Shown: positions 1 through 10,482, counted from the first letter of the stretch. The stretch is DNA of 34,342 bases from Octopus bimaculoides (GCF_001194135.2 NC_068984.1:56346736-56381077); one strand, 5' to 3'. A program made the numbers and translations. The notes: a model not told the origin generated them from the letters alone.

Positions 1-397
1 TATTCAAAGAACGAGATTTAAAAACAATAGAGAGATGTTTAAAAAATTTCTCATTAAAAATAAATCGTAAAATTTCATTTTTTTTCCGAAATATTTTTTA
101 ACCATAGTTTTAAAATTCGGGCAGTCCGTATCTGGAATTTATTTCTGTTTATAATTTTAAAACAATTTTCAGACGGAAAGGTGATTTAAGGGAAATTTAG
201 ATGGTGTTTCTGGCACATCCCACGTCCACCTGCTAATTTCCTCATTTGTTTGTCATTCTGACATGTATTAATGTTTTTCAATATTTTTCTCCCCATAAAC
301 ACATTTTATGGAATGATGATACAGTGCAATTGCTGGGATTTAAGCAACAACAAAAAAAAAAGTTTATTTAAATTTTTAACCCCATCCCACATCAAAC

Positions 398-806
398 GAG
401 TCCAAGTGTGTGTGTGTGTACGAAAAAACCATATTTACCAACAGAAAAAGTATGCTATCAAAATAAATTATCTTTTACATACATTTTTTAAATCCTATGC
501 ATAGACACACACTGACAAACACATATACACGCACAGTAAGCAATGTACATTTTATAGAGTAAAAGCAACAACAGCAACAAAAATTGTTATTTAAATCTTT
601 AACCTTACCTCGCATCAGCAGAGTCCGTGTGTGTGTGTATGTAAGAAAAATCAATTACTAACAGAAAATTATGCTATTAAAATAAATTATTTACATCCCT
701 TTTTTAAAATCACTCTATCATCCTAATGAAATTCTTTTACATTTGCGTACACACATACTGACAAATACACATACTCACTCAGTGTGAGCAGTATACTTAT
801 ATAGAG
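398..806 (+). repeat. Degraded local tandem duplication (about 398-560 and 622-806)
   Basis: Both units read gagtcc-(TG)n-...aacagaaaa.tatgctat.aaaataaattat...actgacaaa.acacata...tatagag. Confidence 0.75.
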
Positions 807-1314
807 AGTTAGAAAGTTTACCAGGAGAAAATAAAAGAGATAGACAAATAGAGAGAGGGGGGGGGGGTAATCTTATGTGTTTCTGTCACAGATTTTGAAA
901 TTTTAAAATCAAGTGAAAATTTTCAAATTTGGTATATTGATGTACTTTTTTGCCCTGAACCCAAGTTTGTGGTTCATTTATTCAAGAAAACTTTTTTTAA
1001 ATGTTACAGTGGTATAAAGTTTGATCATTTTTACCTAATCAGAAAACAGGGTTTTTGCATAACAGCAGTAATAGGACAGATAATGGGAGGGCTGTCGATC
1101 TAAAAGTTGAGTTATTTATCATAGTAAATTATTTTTTTTTTTATTATTTACAGTTGACATTGTCTTTGGGATGCAGATTTCAAAATTCAAATTCATTTTT
1201 CTTGAGGATGCATTGTTTTAAAGCCTTTTGGGGCTAAACACACATACATAACCACATGCACTCACATTCATATAATAGATATGTACATAACATATATATA
1301 TATATATATATATA

Positions 1315-1776
1315 NNNNNNNNNNNNNNNNNNNNNNNNNNNNNNNNNNNNNNNNNNNNNNNNNNNNNNNNNNNNNNNNNNNNNNNNNNNNNNNNNNNNNN
1401 NNNNNNNNNNNNNNNNNNNNNNNNNNNNNNNNNNNNNNNNNNNNNNNNNNNNNNNNNNNNNNNNNNNNNNNNNNNNNNNNNNNNNNNNNNNNNNNNNNNN
1501 NNNNNNNNNNNNNNNNNNNNNNNNNNNNNNNNNNNNNNNNNNNNNNNNNNNNNNNNNNNNNNNNNNNNNNNNNNNNNNNNNNNNNNNNNNNNNNNNNNNN
1601 NNNNNNNNNNNNNNNNNNNNNNNNNNNNNNNNNNNNNNNNNNNNNNNNNNNNNNNNNNNNNNNNNNNNNNNNNNNNNNNNNNNNNNNNNNNNNNNNNNNN
1701 NNNNNNNNNNNNNNNNNNNNNNNNNNNNNNNNNNNNNNNNNNNNNNNNNNNNNNNNNNNNNNNNNNNNNNNNNNNN
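1315..1776. other. Assembly gap (N run)
   Basis: N run. Other gaps are at 4488-4842, 8885-8894 and 30524-30775. ORFs crossing these are artefacts. Confidence 0.99.
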
Positions 1777-1913
1777 TGTATGTATTATATAACAGATAAC
1801 AAAGAGAAGAGTGAAAATTTATTCACTTCCAAAATTTTTTTATTAAAATTTAGAAATCACCTTTAGAGAAGCTGAAGTGGAAAATATTAATGGAAGCTGC
1901 AAGGGACAGAGTC

Positions 1914-2279
1914 TGTCTGCTTAACTCTAATTGTAGGTATAAAAATATTATATATAGATGTAAGATTACTTCAAAGAATAGGGAGTACTTCTATATCAGA
2001 GCTAGCTCATGTTATATTAAGCAAAGAATTGCCAATCATTTAAATTCATTTAAATATAGATAAAAAATGAATACTATTAGTCTTAGGAAACTAATTTGAG
2101 CACTAAAAGATAGTAACAAAATATATTTGATTGCCTGAGAAATATTTAGTAAGGCAAAACCTTATAGAGTAGGTGATATTAGACATGACCTTTGTGTGGA
2201 AGAAATGTATCAAATTTTCACTACTAAGTTTACTCTTATAAACACTAAACAGGAAACGCTTGAGAAAACATGCATTTAA
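1914..2279 (+). mobile_element. Penelope-like retroelement GIY-YIG endonuclease remnant
   Basis: Hand translation with internal stops: CLLNSNCRYKNIIYRCKITSKNREYFYIRASSCYIKQRIANHLNSFKYR*KMNTISLRKLI*ALKDSNKIYLIA*EIFSKAKPYRVGDIRHDLCVEEMYQI...LINTKQETLEKTCI*. This follows the C-terminal GIY-YIG layout of Penelope elements. Confidence 0.85.
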
Positions 2280-3111
2280 ATGATTTAAATAAACACAACT
2301 TGCCATCTATAGTAACTATCCTAGTTACAGTAATGATTGTAATAATTAATGATATTTATACAAATAATGATAAGGCACACAGAGCTGCGCTCGGTAGTGA
2401 AATGAAAGCACGTTATAAAAATAAAACTACTGAATAATAATAATAATAATGTACTCCATATAGCAAAATGAAAACGAAACTACTACAATTAACTGAAATC
2501 TGAATAAACATTTTAAAACCACACTTCAACTGTAATACCAGTAGAGGTGATTATAAGACAAAAATTTGGATTTAAAAAGTAACACTATCACCTTCAACTG
2601 AATACCAATGCAGGATGCTTGTTTGAATCAGTCCACTTTGCAAACGTCGTGAATGATGACCTTTGATGAAATAGCAGCAAGTAGGGTGCATAATTGCATA
2701 CAGAGCAATTTGCAGTCAAAACATGTAGGTCAGTATTATATATGCTGCAGAAAACTTTTTAATAAAAGACGTTTTGGATGTGAATAAATCTCCATTCTCC
2801 TCTTCATTATCAATTATATACTCTACATAATATTTGCAGTTCTGAACAGGAACATAGAACTACCCAATGAGTGAGCTTACAAGTACCAGTATCTCTTTTA
2901 AGTTTGAGTACTATGTTACTGGACCAATGTGGATAGCCAGCATATACCAATTTGTGAGATAATATGGTATCCATCAGGATGCTTTATCCCTTTTATACTC
3001 TCTCTATATATATGCATGTATGTACTTGTATATGTATGCATGCAGGTTTTATATATATATATATATATATAGACAATGTGTACGTACGCCACTATATATA
3101 TATAAATAATA

Positions 3112-3378
3112 CAGAATGGGACAAAAACGCAAAACATCCAGACAGGTGATACAAGAAAGGGACAAAACATTCAGATGGACGATACAAAGAAAACAAGGAC
3201 AGGTCATTCGGAGTTCGAGAATAACCAGCTGAAATTGCAAGAATAATCTGGATCTCGACTGAGGAAAGAAAACTCCAAATGACCTGCCCTTTTTTTCTTT
3301 GTATTATCCATCTGGATGTTTTGTCCTTTTCTTGTATCACCTAACTGTCTGGATGTTTTGCACTCTTGTCCCATTCTG
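3112..3378. mobile_element. Foldback MITE with ~105-bp terminal inverted repeats, TA-flanked
   Basis: 3112-3215 is the reverse complement of 3271-3378 with a few substitutions and one small indel. The spacer is 55 bp and TA lies on both sides (Tc1/mariner-type target site). Confidence 0.85.
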
Positions 3379-3381
3379 TAT

Positions 3382-3390
<9 letters not shown>

Positions 3391-3469
<79 letters not shown>
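3391..3469. repeat. (TG)n microsatellite
   Basis: Pure dinucleotide run. Other TA, TG, CT and TATG tracts occur at about 8280-8440, 8895-8942, 10350-10555, 10856-10900, 11108-11155 and 16330-16452. Confidence 0.98.
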
Positions 3470-3472
<3 letters not shown>

Positions 3473-3849
3473 AGGCTTAAGCATTGCTGTGTGGTAAAGA
3501 AACTAGCTTCTTAATCACATGGTTCCAGGTTTGATCTTACTGTACAGCACCTTCAACAAATATTTTTTTGCAACCTTCAATTGACTAACACCTTGTAAGT
3601 GAAATTTGGTAGGCAGAAACTGTGTGTGTGTGTTTACGTTATTCTTTAAGTTGAGTTCCTTTATGTCCCATAAGTTACTGGTTCCATAACTAAAGATTGA
3701 GAAAAGAAGTAACCAGACTGAAATGAATGGGTCCAGTTATGAAGGATTGAAAATCTTGTAACTGGCATCCCCAATATATTTCATCTAACACTATTATTTC
3801 TGCCGGTCCACTGCCCTCTTTGTAATATTAGTAATAAATGAATACTTAC

Positions 3850-4103
3850 ATTGGGCAACAAAATTCCTCATCTAACTGCAAACTTCTTCGTCCTCTTTTA
3901 AAAACAGGATAATGATATTGATTCTGGATCCATTCCTTCTCAAAAATATTATTTAATTGCTCTTCTGTGTAGAACAAATTTGGATATCTATCCATAATAA
4001 ATGACCTCTTTTCTTCATATTCGCCCTTTACCAAAAGATATGTGGCCATGGTTATATGGGTAACTAGCATACTCAAGACTATCACCAAAATGCAAACGTT
4101 GAT
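3850..4103 (-). CDS. Coding exon 2 of an unrecognised secreted precursor (signal peptide core, propeptide, furin site, CCP)
   Basis: Polypyrimidine acceptor ttttttgtttctttttgacgtctaatttctag|, an open 254-nt frame, and donor AT|gtaagt. It translates to INVCILVIVLSMLVTHITMATYLLVKGEYEEKRSFIMDRYPNLFYTEEQLNNIFEKEWIQNQYHYPVFKRGRRSLQLDEEFCCP. Confidence 0.8.
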
Positions 4104-5799
4104 CTAGAAATTAGACGTCAAAAAGAAACAAAAAATTAATATTAATTACTTCCTTCTGAAAATGGTTACATAAATATATGGAAAATATGATTGGGATTGA
4201 ATACTGTTTATGCCTTTTTTCAAAACCATTTGCTTTACCATATTTTTAAATAATTTACTGCAGTGGGCGTATCGGTATTTGTTAGTGGATTCAGTTCACT
4301 TTAAGCAGTGGTTCCTAAGCTTGGAACATGGTGTAGATTTTGAAAAGATCAAGACAAAATGATTCATTTACATTTGAAATATTTAAGTTCTAAAATGTTT
4401 GTGAATATGTTATATAATAAACCACAGGCATAAGGGGTGCAGTATAATATTATTTCCAACAAAAACTGAGGAATATTTCTGCAAGGANNNNNNNNNNNNN
4501 NNNNNNNNNNNNNNNNNNNNNNNNNNNNNNNNNNNNNNNNNNNNNNNNNNNNNNNNNNNNNNNNNNNNNNNNNNNNNNNNNNNNNNNNNNNNNNNNNNNN
4601 NNNNNNNNNNNNNNNNNNNNNNNNNNNNNNNNNNNNNNNNNNNNNNNNNNNNNNNNNNNNNNNNNNNNNNNNNNNNNNNNNNNNNNNNNNNNNNNNNNNN
4701 NNNNNNNNNNNNNNNNNNNNNNNNNNNNNNNNNNNNNNNNNNNNNNNNNNNNNNNNNNNNNNNNNNNNNNNNNNNNNNNNNNNNNNNNNNNNNNNNNNNN
4801 NNNNNNNNNNNNNNNNNNNNNNNNNNNNNNNNNNNNNNNNNNATGTACGTATGTATGTATGTATGTATGCATGTATCAACATGTGTGTCTTTGTGTCTGT
4901 CCCTCACTATTGCTTGACAACCAGCATCAGTTTGTTTACATCCCTGGAACTTAACAATTCAGCAAAAAGAGACCAATAGAGAAAGTATCAAGCTTAAAAA
5001 AGTACTTGGGTTGGTTTATTTGACTAATCCCTTGAAGGTGGTGCCGACTGAAGTTAATATGACTGAAGTCCAATGACTAAAACTTGTAAAGCATAAAAAA
5101 TTGAAGATATTTTTTTAAGGGTTGTGGTTTTATAACTGATTATAAAGTAGTAATGATAAAAGGTTCATAGTCACTGATTTACAGCTTAGCATATGCTCAC
5201 CAACATGAACTACTCTTGATTCTGATTAATGTTCATGATCATTTCTTGTAGTTGTTGTTTAGCTCCAAGTCAATCCAGATGAAGATAATCTATGATTAAA
5301 GGCATCCCAACCATGTGCACTCCAGCAGAGGTGAAGCAAGAGTTCTCAGTCTCCATGGACAAAGACATTTTTGGGACTCCAACAGGCATGATGAGCCCAA
5401 GGAAATTTCAGGCTCATTACACCTCTACACACTTGTCCTAAGAGCAATACACCCTTCTCTTGCATCTCTGCATCCCAGTTTACATGCTGAGAGAAAGGAC
5501 ATTTCAAACTTTGCAGACATGGGACAACTATGGACATGTGTTTAGGTCTGTTTAACATTGTCAACAAAGTGCAGTCTAACTGATCCTCCGATCCTGTAGA
5601 TTGCATAATTAAAAAAAAAATAGTGGAAATAACTATTGGAAATAACTAATGACATGAATTTGGATAATTGAGTTAAAGTAACAGCCACAAGTATATGTTT
5701 TTGTCTGTTTGACCTAATCAGCTCAATATGGTCAAATCAAGCCAAAAGATCAGGGGATGAGATATTACATTAGAACAAGATAGGTATATTTTTCTTTAA

Positions 5800-6802
5800 G
5801 AATAAACTGTAGAGGGATGATATGTTTCAGATTGCAAAGTAGTGTATAGGAATCATAACATCGTTGATGGAAAATGTGTACATATTGATAAAGGTGCACT
5901 TGCTCTCACCAATGCAGAGAATAGATGTGGAAATTTTATTAAATTGGTTGCTGATTGAGGAAAATGCACATGGATGAAAGAGGGACTACTCCAAATAGAT
6001 CTACCCCAAATAGATTCAACAGATGGACTAGCTTTTGATTGTTACATGGTTGAAATGATGGTTAAGGTTATGTTGACCAAGAAAACAGTCAGACCACCAG
6101 TCATAGTCATTGTAGTACAGAAAATTTCCGGCAAAGTAGGTTATGCATGGTCACTCATATAGTTAACCAAATAGCCAACAAGAAGATGTTAGTTCTAATT
6201 TCTGGCATAACAGAATCAACTGCTATGAAGGCAAAGAAGATGATCTAGATAGAAGAAACTAGAGACATCAAAGTGATTAACCTAGTTATGAAAGTAACTC
6301 AAAAGTGTCATAGCACAACTAATAAGGAAGAAATTAGCTTAAAAGTGATGTAGTTCAGGTTGGGTTTATGTCAAAACACTTTACCACCGACGCTGTCTTC
6401 CTAGTGAGACAAGTTGCAGAAATTTCTTAGAAAGAACAAGCTACTAAAGCCAGTAATCTTACACCTAGGCCTTTTCCAGTCTGGTAGTTGCTAAAGAAAA
6501 TCTGATGTAGCTGAATGGATTGTGAGAGTTATGTAAGCTATGTAAGGAAATGCTGTCAGCAATTATTTCAGTGAGAAAATGAATAAGAGTCCATCTGGGA
6601 CTTGATTCTCAGTGCCATGCTATTTACTGTATATTCTGCTGGCCATAAAAGAGAAATTTAAGACTGGCCATCCATAGGAACTTCTGTATGCCTATGGTCT
6701 AGCTCTCATAGATGAATCTGTCAAAGAATTAATGAACAAATTCTAAATATGGATGCAAAGCCTAGAATCAAGATGTCTTAAAGTAAACCTAAGATAAATG
6801 TT
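5800..6802 (+). mobile_element. Degraded RTE-clade LINE reverse transcriptase fragment
   Basis: Frameshifted remnants of RT motifs: ...KISGKVGY..., ...TTDAVFLVRQ..., and IKEKFKTGHP*ELLYAYGLALIDESVKELMNKF*IWMQSLESRCLKVNL (decayed WELLYADD). The left boundary is approximate. Confidence 0.85.
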
Positions 6803-7213
6803 ATCATTTACATCTGAAGGCCTTTTCTGTAGACCTACCTGTGATCCCACTGCATGCCTTGTGCATCCATAGTTTACATTAAGTATACTGAATGATTGCC
6901 CTCTTTTGCATAGTAACCATGGCTACTTTTCAGACAGCATAGTCTTTATTAGCAAAAACGTTTGTCTTTGCTAGGTTTACTTTAAGACATCTTGATTCTA
7001 GGCTTTGCATCCATATTTAGAACTTGTTCATTAATTCTTCGACAGATTCATCTATGAGAGCTAGGCCATAGGCATACAGAAGTTCCTACGAATAGCTAGT
7101 CTTAAATTTCTCTTTTATGGCCTGCCAAATATACAGTAAATAACATGGCACTGAGAATCAAGTCCCAGATAAACTCCTACTTATTCATTTTCTCACTGAA
7201 ATAATTGCTGACA
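6803..7213 (-). mobile_element. Inverted second segment of the same RTE LINE
   Basis: About 6957-7213 is the reverse complement of about 6554-6802. 6803-6956 continues the LINE ORF on the minus strand (...CKLWMHKACSGITGR...). Confidence 0.85.
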
Positions 7214-8280
7214 AGTGGACTAAGGAGTTGCAGATCAGGTTCTTATACTTGAAAGGTCATACGCCAAAAGAGACTTTCGATGAGGTGAAAGAAGTTTATG
7301 GTGGCAATGCACCATCATGCAACGTAGTCAAGCACTGGCATCACCAGTTCAGATGTGGTTGGACACCAGTGAAAACTGCTCCTATTCCTGGATGGTCACA
7401 TTCCACCATTGATGAAGATACCATCCATAAACTATTCGCCAACTAGCCCAAGAAGTGAAGATGAGTGTACAGTCCATGGAAAAAATCATTCGCGACCATT
7501 TGCACATGTGGAAGTTGTCTGCATGATGGATTCCCCAGATGCTCACACCTTTTCAGATGCAGGAATGAGTCACTTGCTCTCAGACTTTTTTGGAATGTGC
7601 CAAGAAAATGAGGAGGACTTTTTCAGCAGACTTATCACACGGGATGAAACATAAGTCCATCACTATGATCCTGAGACTAAAATCCAGTTGAAGCAATGGA
7701 AGCATGATAACTCACCACCTCCAATGAAAGCTTGTGTCCAACCTTCAGCAGGCAAGGTGATGCTCGCAGTCTTTTGGAACCAGCATGGAGTAGTGATGAT
7801 GGATTTTCTGGCAAACCACAATTAACAGGACATATTATGCTTCTCTGTTGCAGAAATTATGGGACACCGTCAAAGCAGAAAGGCATGGCATGCTAACCAA
7901 ATGAGTCTACCTCCTCCAAGACAACACCCTAGTTCACAATATGCATGTTGCCCAAATGAAAGCACACCCCTGCAGTTATGAATTCCTTCCTCATCCCCCT
8001 TACTCTCCTGACCTCACACCATCTGACTTCCACCTCTTTCCAATCATGAAGCCTTTTTTGAAGGAGAAGCACTTTTCAAATGATGATGAACTTATTTTTA
8101 CGGTAAAGTCTTGGCTCTAGACGCAACCTACTGACTTCTACAGACAAGGTCTTCACAGCTGCATAAAGTGATGGGAGAAGTATGTCATCTATGTAGAGAA
8201 GGATTAATAATTATGTCAAGTTTTGTTTATCCCAGTCCTTGAGAAGTGGATCAGGGGAAATTTTTAATGAACAGCCCTCG
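7214..8280 (+). mobile_element. 5'-truncated mariner (DD34D) transposon, inactivated transposase
   Basis: HTH region IRFLYLKGHTPKETFDEVKEVYG, WIPQML (WVPHEL-like), RLITRDET, LLQDN, then exactly 34 residues to the D of YSPDLTPSDFHLF. It carries frameshifts and stops. The 3' TIR ...gaacagccctcg is followed by TA. Confidence 0.93.
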
Positions 8281-8482
8281 TATATACATATATATAGTAT
8301 ATATATATATATATATATATATAGATACATATATATTATATATGCATATATACATGTATATATACATACATATATACATATGTACATGTGTGTGTGTATG
8401 CATGCATGTGTGCGTGCCTGTGTGCATGCATGTGTGTGTGTATACTGCAGAGTTGATTAAATGTGAATAATATATCACTTAC

Positions 8483-8491
8483 TTTCAGCAT
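8483..8491 (-). CDS. Probable coding part of exon 1 (ATG CTG AAA) of the secreted precursor gene
   Basis: The sequence gacaacATGctgaaa|gtaagt has A at -3 and a full-consensus donor. It is phase 0, matching the 4103 acceptor, and gives MLK+INVCILVIVLSMLVTHITMA, a textbook signal peptide with a basic n-region. Confidence 0.65.
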
Positions 8492-8894
8492 GTTGTCCAA
8501 AATAAGAATGGTGCAGCTGTAGTACGATGCCAATTTAGCTCCTCAGCATATCACAAACTACTCCAATGAAAAATGTTTGAGTAGTTATATAATAGGTGAA
8601 AAGTGTAAGTACAAATTTATAACTCAGTGACTGCTAGACAAGAGTGTTTGCAAATCCTGTAATTAAACATACAAGTTGACAGCCACACTCAAAATCACTT
8701 GCTTCAAATAAGAAATCTGGTAAGACTTGTATCATTCAAATTGCCAGGAACAGTGATACAAAAAAAAAAAAAACACGAAGTAAAAAATAAATAATAGTTC
8801 TTATTTATAGTTTACAAATCAGCTGAGAACTTTTGCATATTCTCTTCCTTTTCACTCCCTCTTTCCCTACCCCTTCTCTCTTGGNNNNNNNNNN

Positions 8895-8946
<52 letters not shown>

Positions 8947-9227
8947 TTCCTTAAGGTATGAAGTATTTTCAGATGAAAACAAGTGGGTATGTTGTTAAAC
9001 AACACGGATGCCATTGTCTCAAATGTAAATGAAGTGTAAAAATTTGACTATTTATTTACTAACATAACTGTGTCATCAAAAATTTTGACAGTTCTGTTAA
9101 TGATAGAAAATAGTGGATCAAAACAATGGCAGAAATTATTAATAAATGTCAGCAATCAAGTACACAGAACTGAATCACTTGAAAAGGTACAGTTATAATG
9201 CCTCAGTTGAAAATATTATTGTAACAC

Positions 9228-9866
9228 GTGTAGTGGCATGTAAAAGCACCCATTACACTGCTGGAGTGGTTGGTATTAGGAAGGGCATCCAGTTGTAGAA
9301 ACTGTAAATGTTTGATAGTTGTAATAGAGACATTAGTCTCTCTCTATCACCTTTCAACATAATTATATATTAAGGAACAGTAGAACAATTTAACAACATA
9401 ATAAAAATAAGTTTTATTTTTGATGATGCTTGGTTATATAAATTCTGTGTCACTCAGTTTAGCAGCCGTTGATTAAGTTGTAGTTGGTATTGGAAAGTTA
9501 AGAGCTTCCTTGATGCCTGCCAGAGAAGCAAGTAGCTATCACCATCAAAGGCATCGTGGTGAAGAGTGCTTCGTTGAGGAGCGAGGAGTTGTCACGTAGA
9601 AGGTCTGTCGCTCAACTGCCTAAGAAAGTGAAACTCACTCTTTAAGTACTAGTTTTACTTCGCATGCGCACTCGAGGGGCTTCCGGTGGTGAAGTCCCTT
9701 GCGCATGCGTAGAATAGTACTTCCTCAATGGCGGCTATAATTTCGCGCCACTACAAAACCATGCCAAACCAGACTGGAACCTGGTGCAACCCTCTGGCTC
9801 GTCAGCTCCAATCAAACTGTCTTACCCATGCTAGCATGGAGAGCGGACACTAAATGATGATGATAA
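9228..9866 (+). mobile_element. Family-A SINE [(GAT)n-tailed] interrupted by the solo LTR
   Basis: 9228-9302 (gtggcatgtaaaagcaccc...gggcatccagttgtagaaac) plus 9760-9866 (catgccaaaccagactgg...catgctagcatgg...gatgatgat) reconstitute the family seen at 14752-15105 and 19549-19756. Confidence 0.85.
9303..9755 (-). mobile_element. Solo LTR (453 bp), probably Gypsy-type
   Basis: Termini are TGTA...TACA with an exact 4-bp target duplication AAAC (9299-9302 and 9756-9759). It splits a SINE whose two halves rejoin cleanly. Orientation is inferred from a GC-rich motif-bearing half followed by an AT-rich half with AATAAA (9418-9413). Confidence 0.85.
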
Positions 9867-10029
9867 GGCAACAACATACATAAATAAACATTTCCTTTTG
9901 GTTTTAGGAAGTGTTGAAAGTTTATTGCATCACACAGACAAGAAAGTAATATTTTGAATGCAGTATAGGTGTGAAAACAGCAGAAAGATTGGATATTTTA
10001 CCCTTATATGATGAAAAAAGTTGTCAGCA

Positions 10030-10084
10030 GACAGCCAGGGAACTCAAACCTGCACCTCCCAGATACCAGCTGAGTACACTTCCA
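10030..10084 (-). pseudogene. 5'-truncated second copy of the tRNA-like sequence
   Basis: The reverse complement gtactcagctggtatctgggaggtgcaggtttgagttccctggctgtc aligns with 10203-10250. Confidence 0.5.
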
Positions 10085-10178
10085 AAAACAAAAAAAAAAT
10101 AATGTGTGTTTAGATATGCTGTTGCATTTCAAAAGTAGCTATGTTTATAGCATTTAACTGATGGGAATTGTTGTCAGT

Positions 10179-10251
10179 GGGCAGTTTAGCTTAATCGGTA
10201 GAGTACTCAGCTTGTATCTAGGAGGTCCAGGTTCACGTCCCATGGCTGTCT
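10179..10251 (+). pseudogene. tRNA-like sequence (degenerate cloverleaf, TGT in the anticodon position); pseudogene or SINE head
   Basis: A-box-like TAGCTTAATCGG and B-box-like GGTTCACGTCC are present. The D arm and anticodon arm (CTCAG-CTTGTAT-CTAGG) can be folded, but the acceptor and T stems are mismatched or G-U rich. Confidence 0.5.
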
Positions 10252-10351
10252 TCTGCCAACTTTTCTCTTCATATAAGTGTAAAATACCCAATCTTTCTGT
10301 TGTTTTCACAGTTATACTGCATTCAAAATATTACTTTCTTGTCTGTACAAG

Positions 10352-10420
<69 letters not shown>

Positions 10421-10482
10421 CACACACATATATATATGTATGTATATACAAATATGTATATGTGTGTTTCTATGTATACATA

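Noticed and set aside
1256-1799. Long ORFs of 100-178 aa (also 4364-4907 and 30340-30862)
   Set aside because: They consist mostly of N-gap codons.
2640-2720. SECIS element or C/D-box snoRNA around atgatgacctttgatgaaa
   Set aside because: I could not build the required stems, there is no suitably placed CTGA box, and no selenoprotein ORF is nearby.
10179-10251. Functional tRNA-Thr(TGT) gene
   Set aside because: The acceptor, anticodon and T stems have mismatches, and the sequence does not resemble typical eukaryotic tRNA-Thr; it is kept only as tRNA-like.
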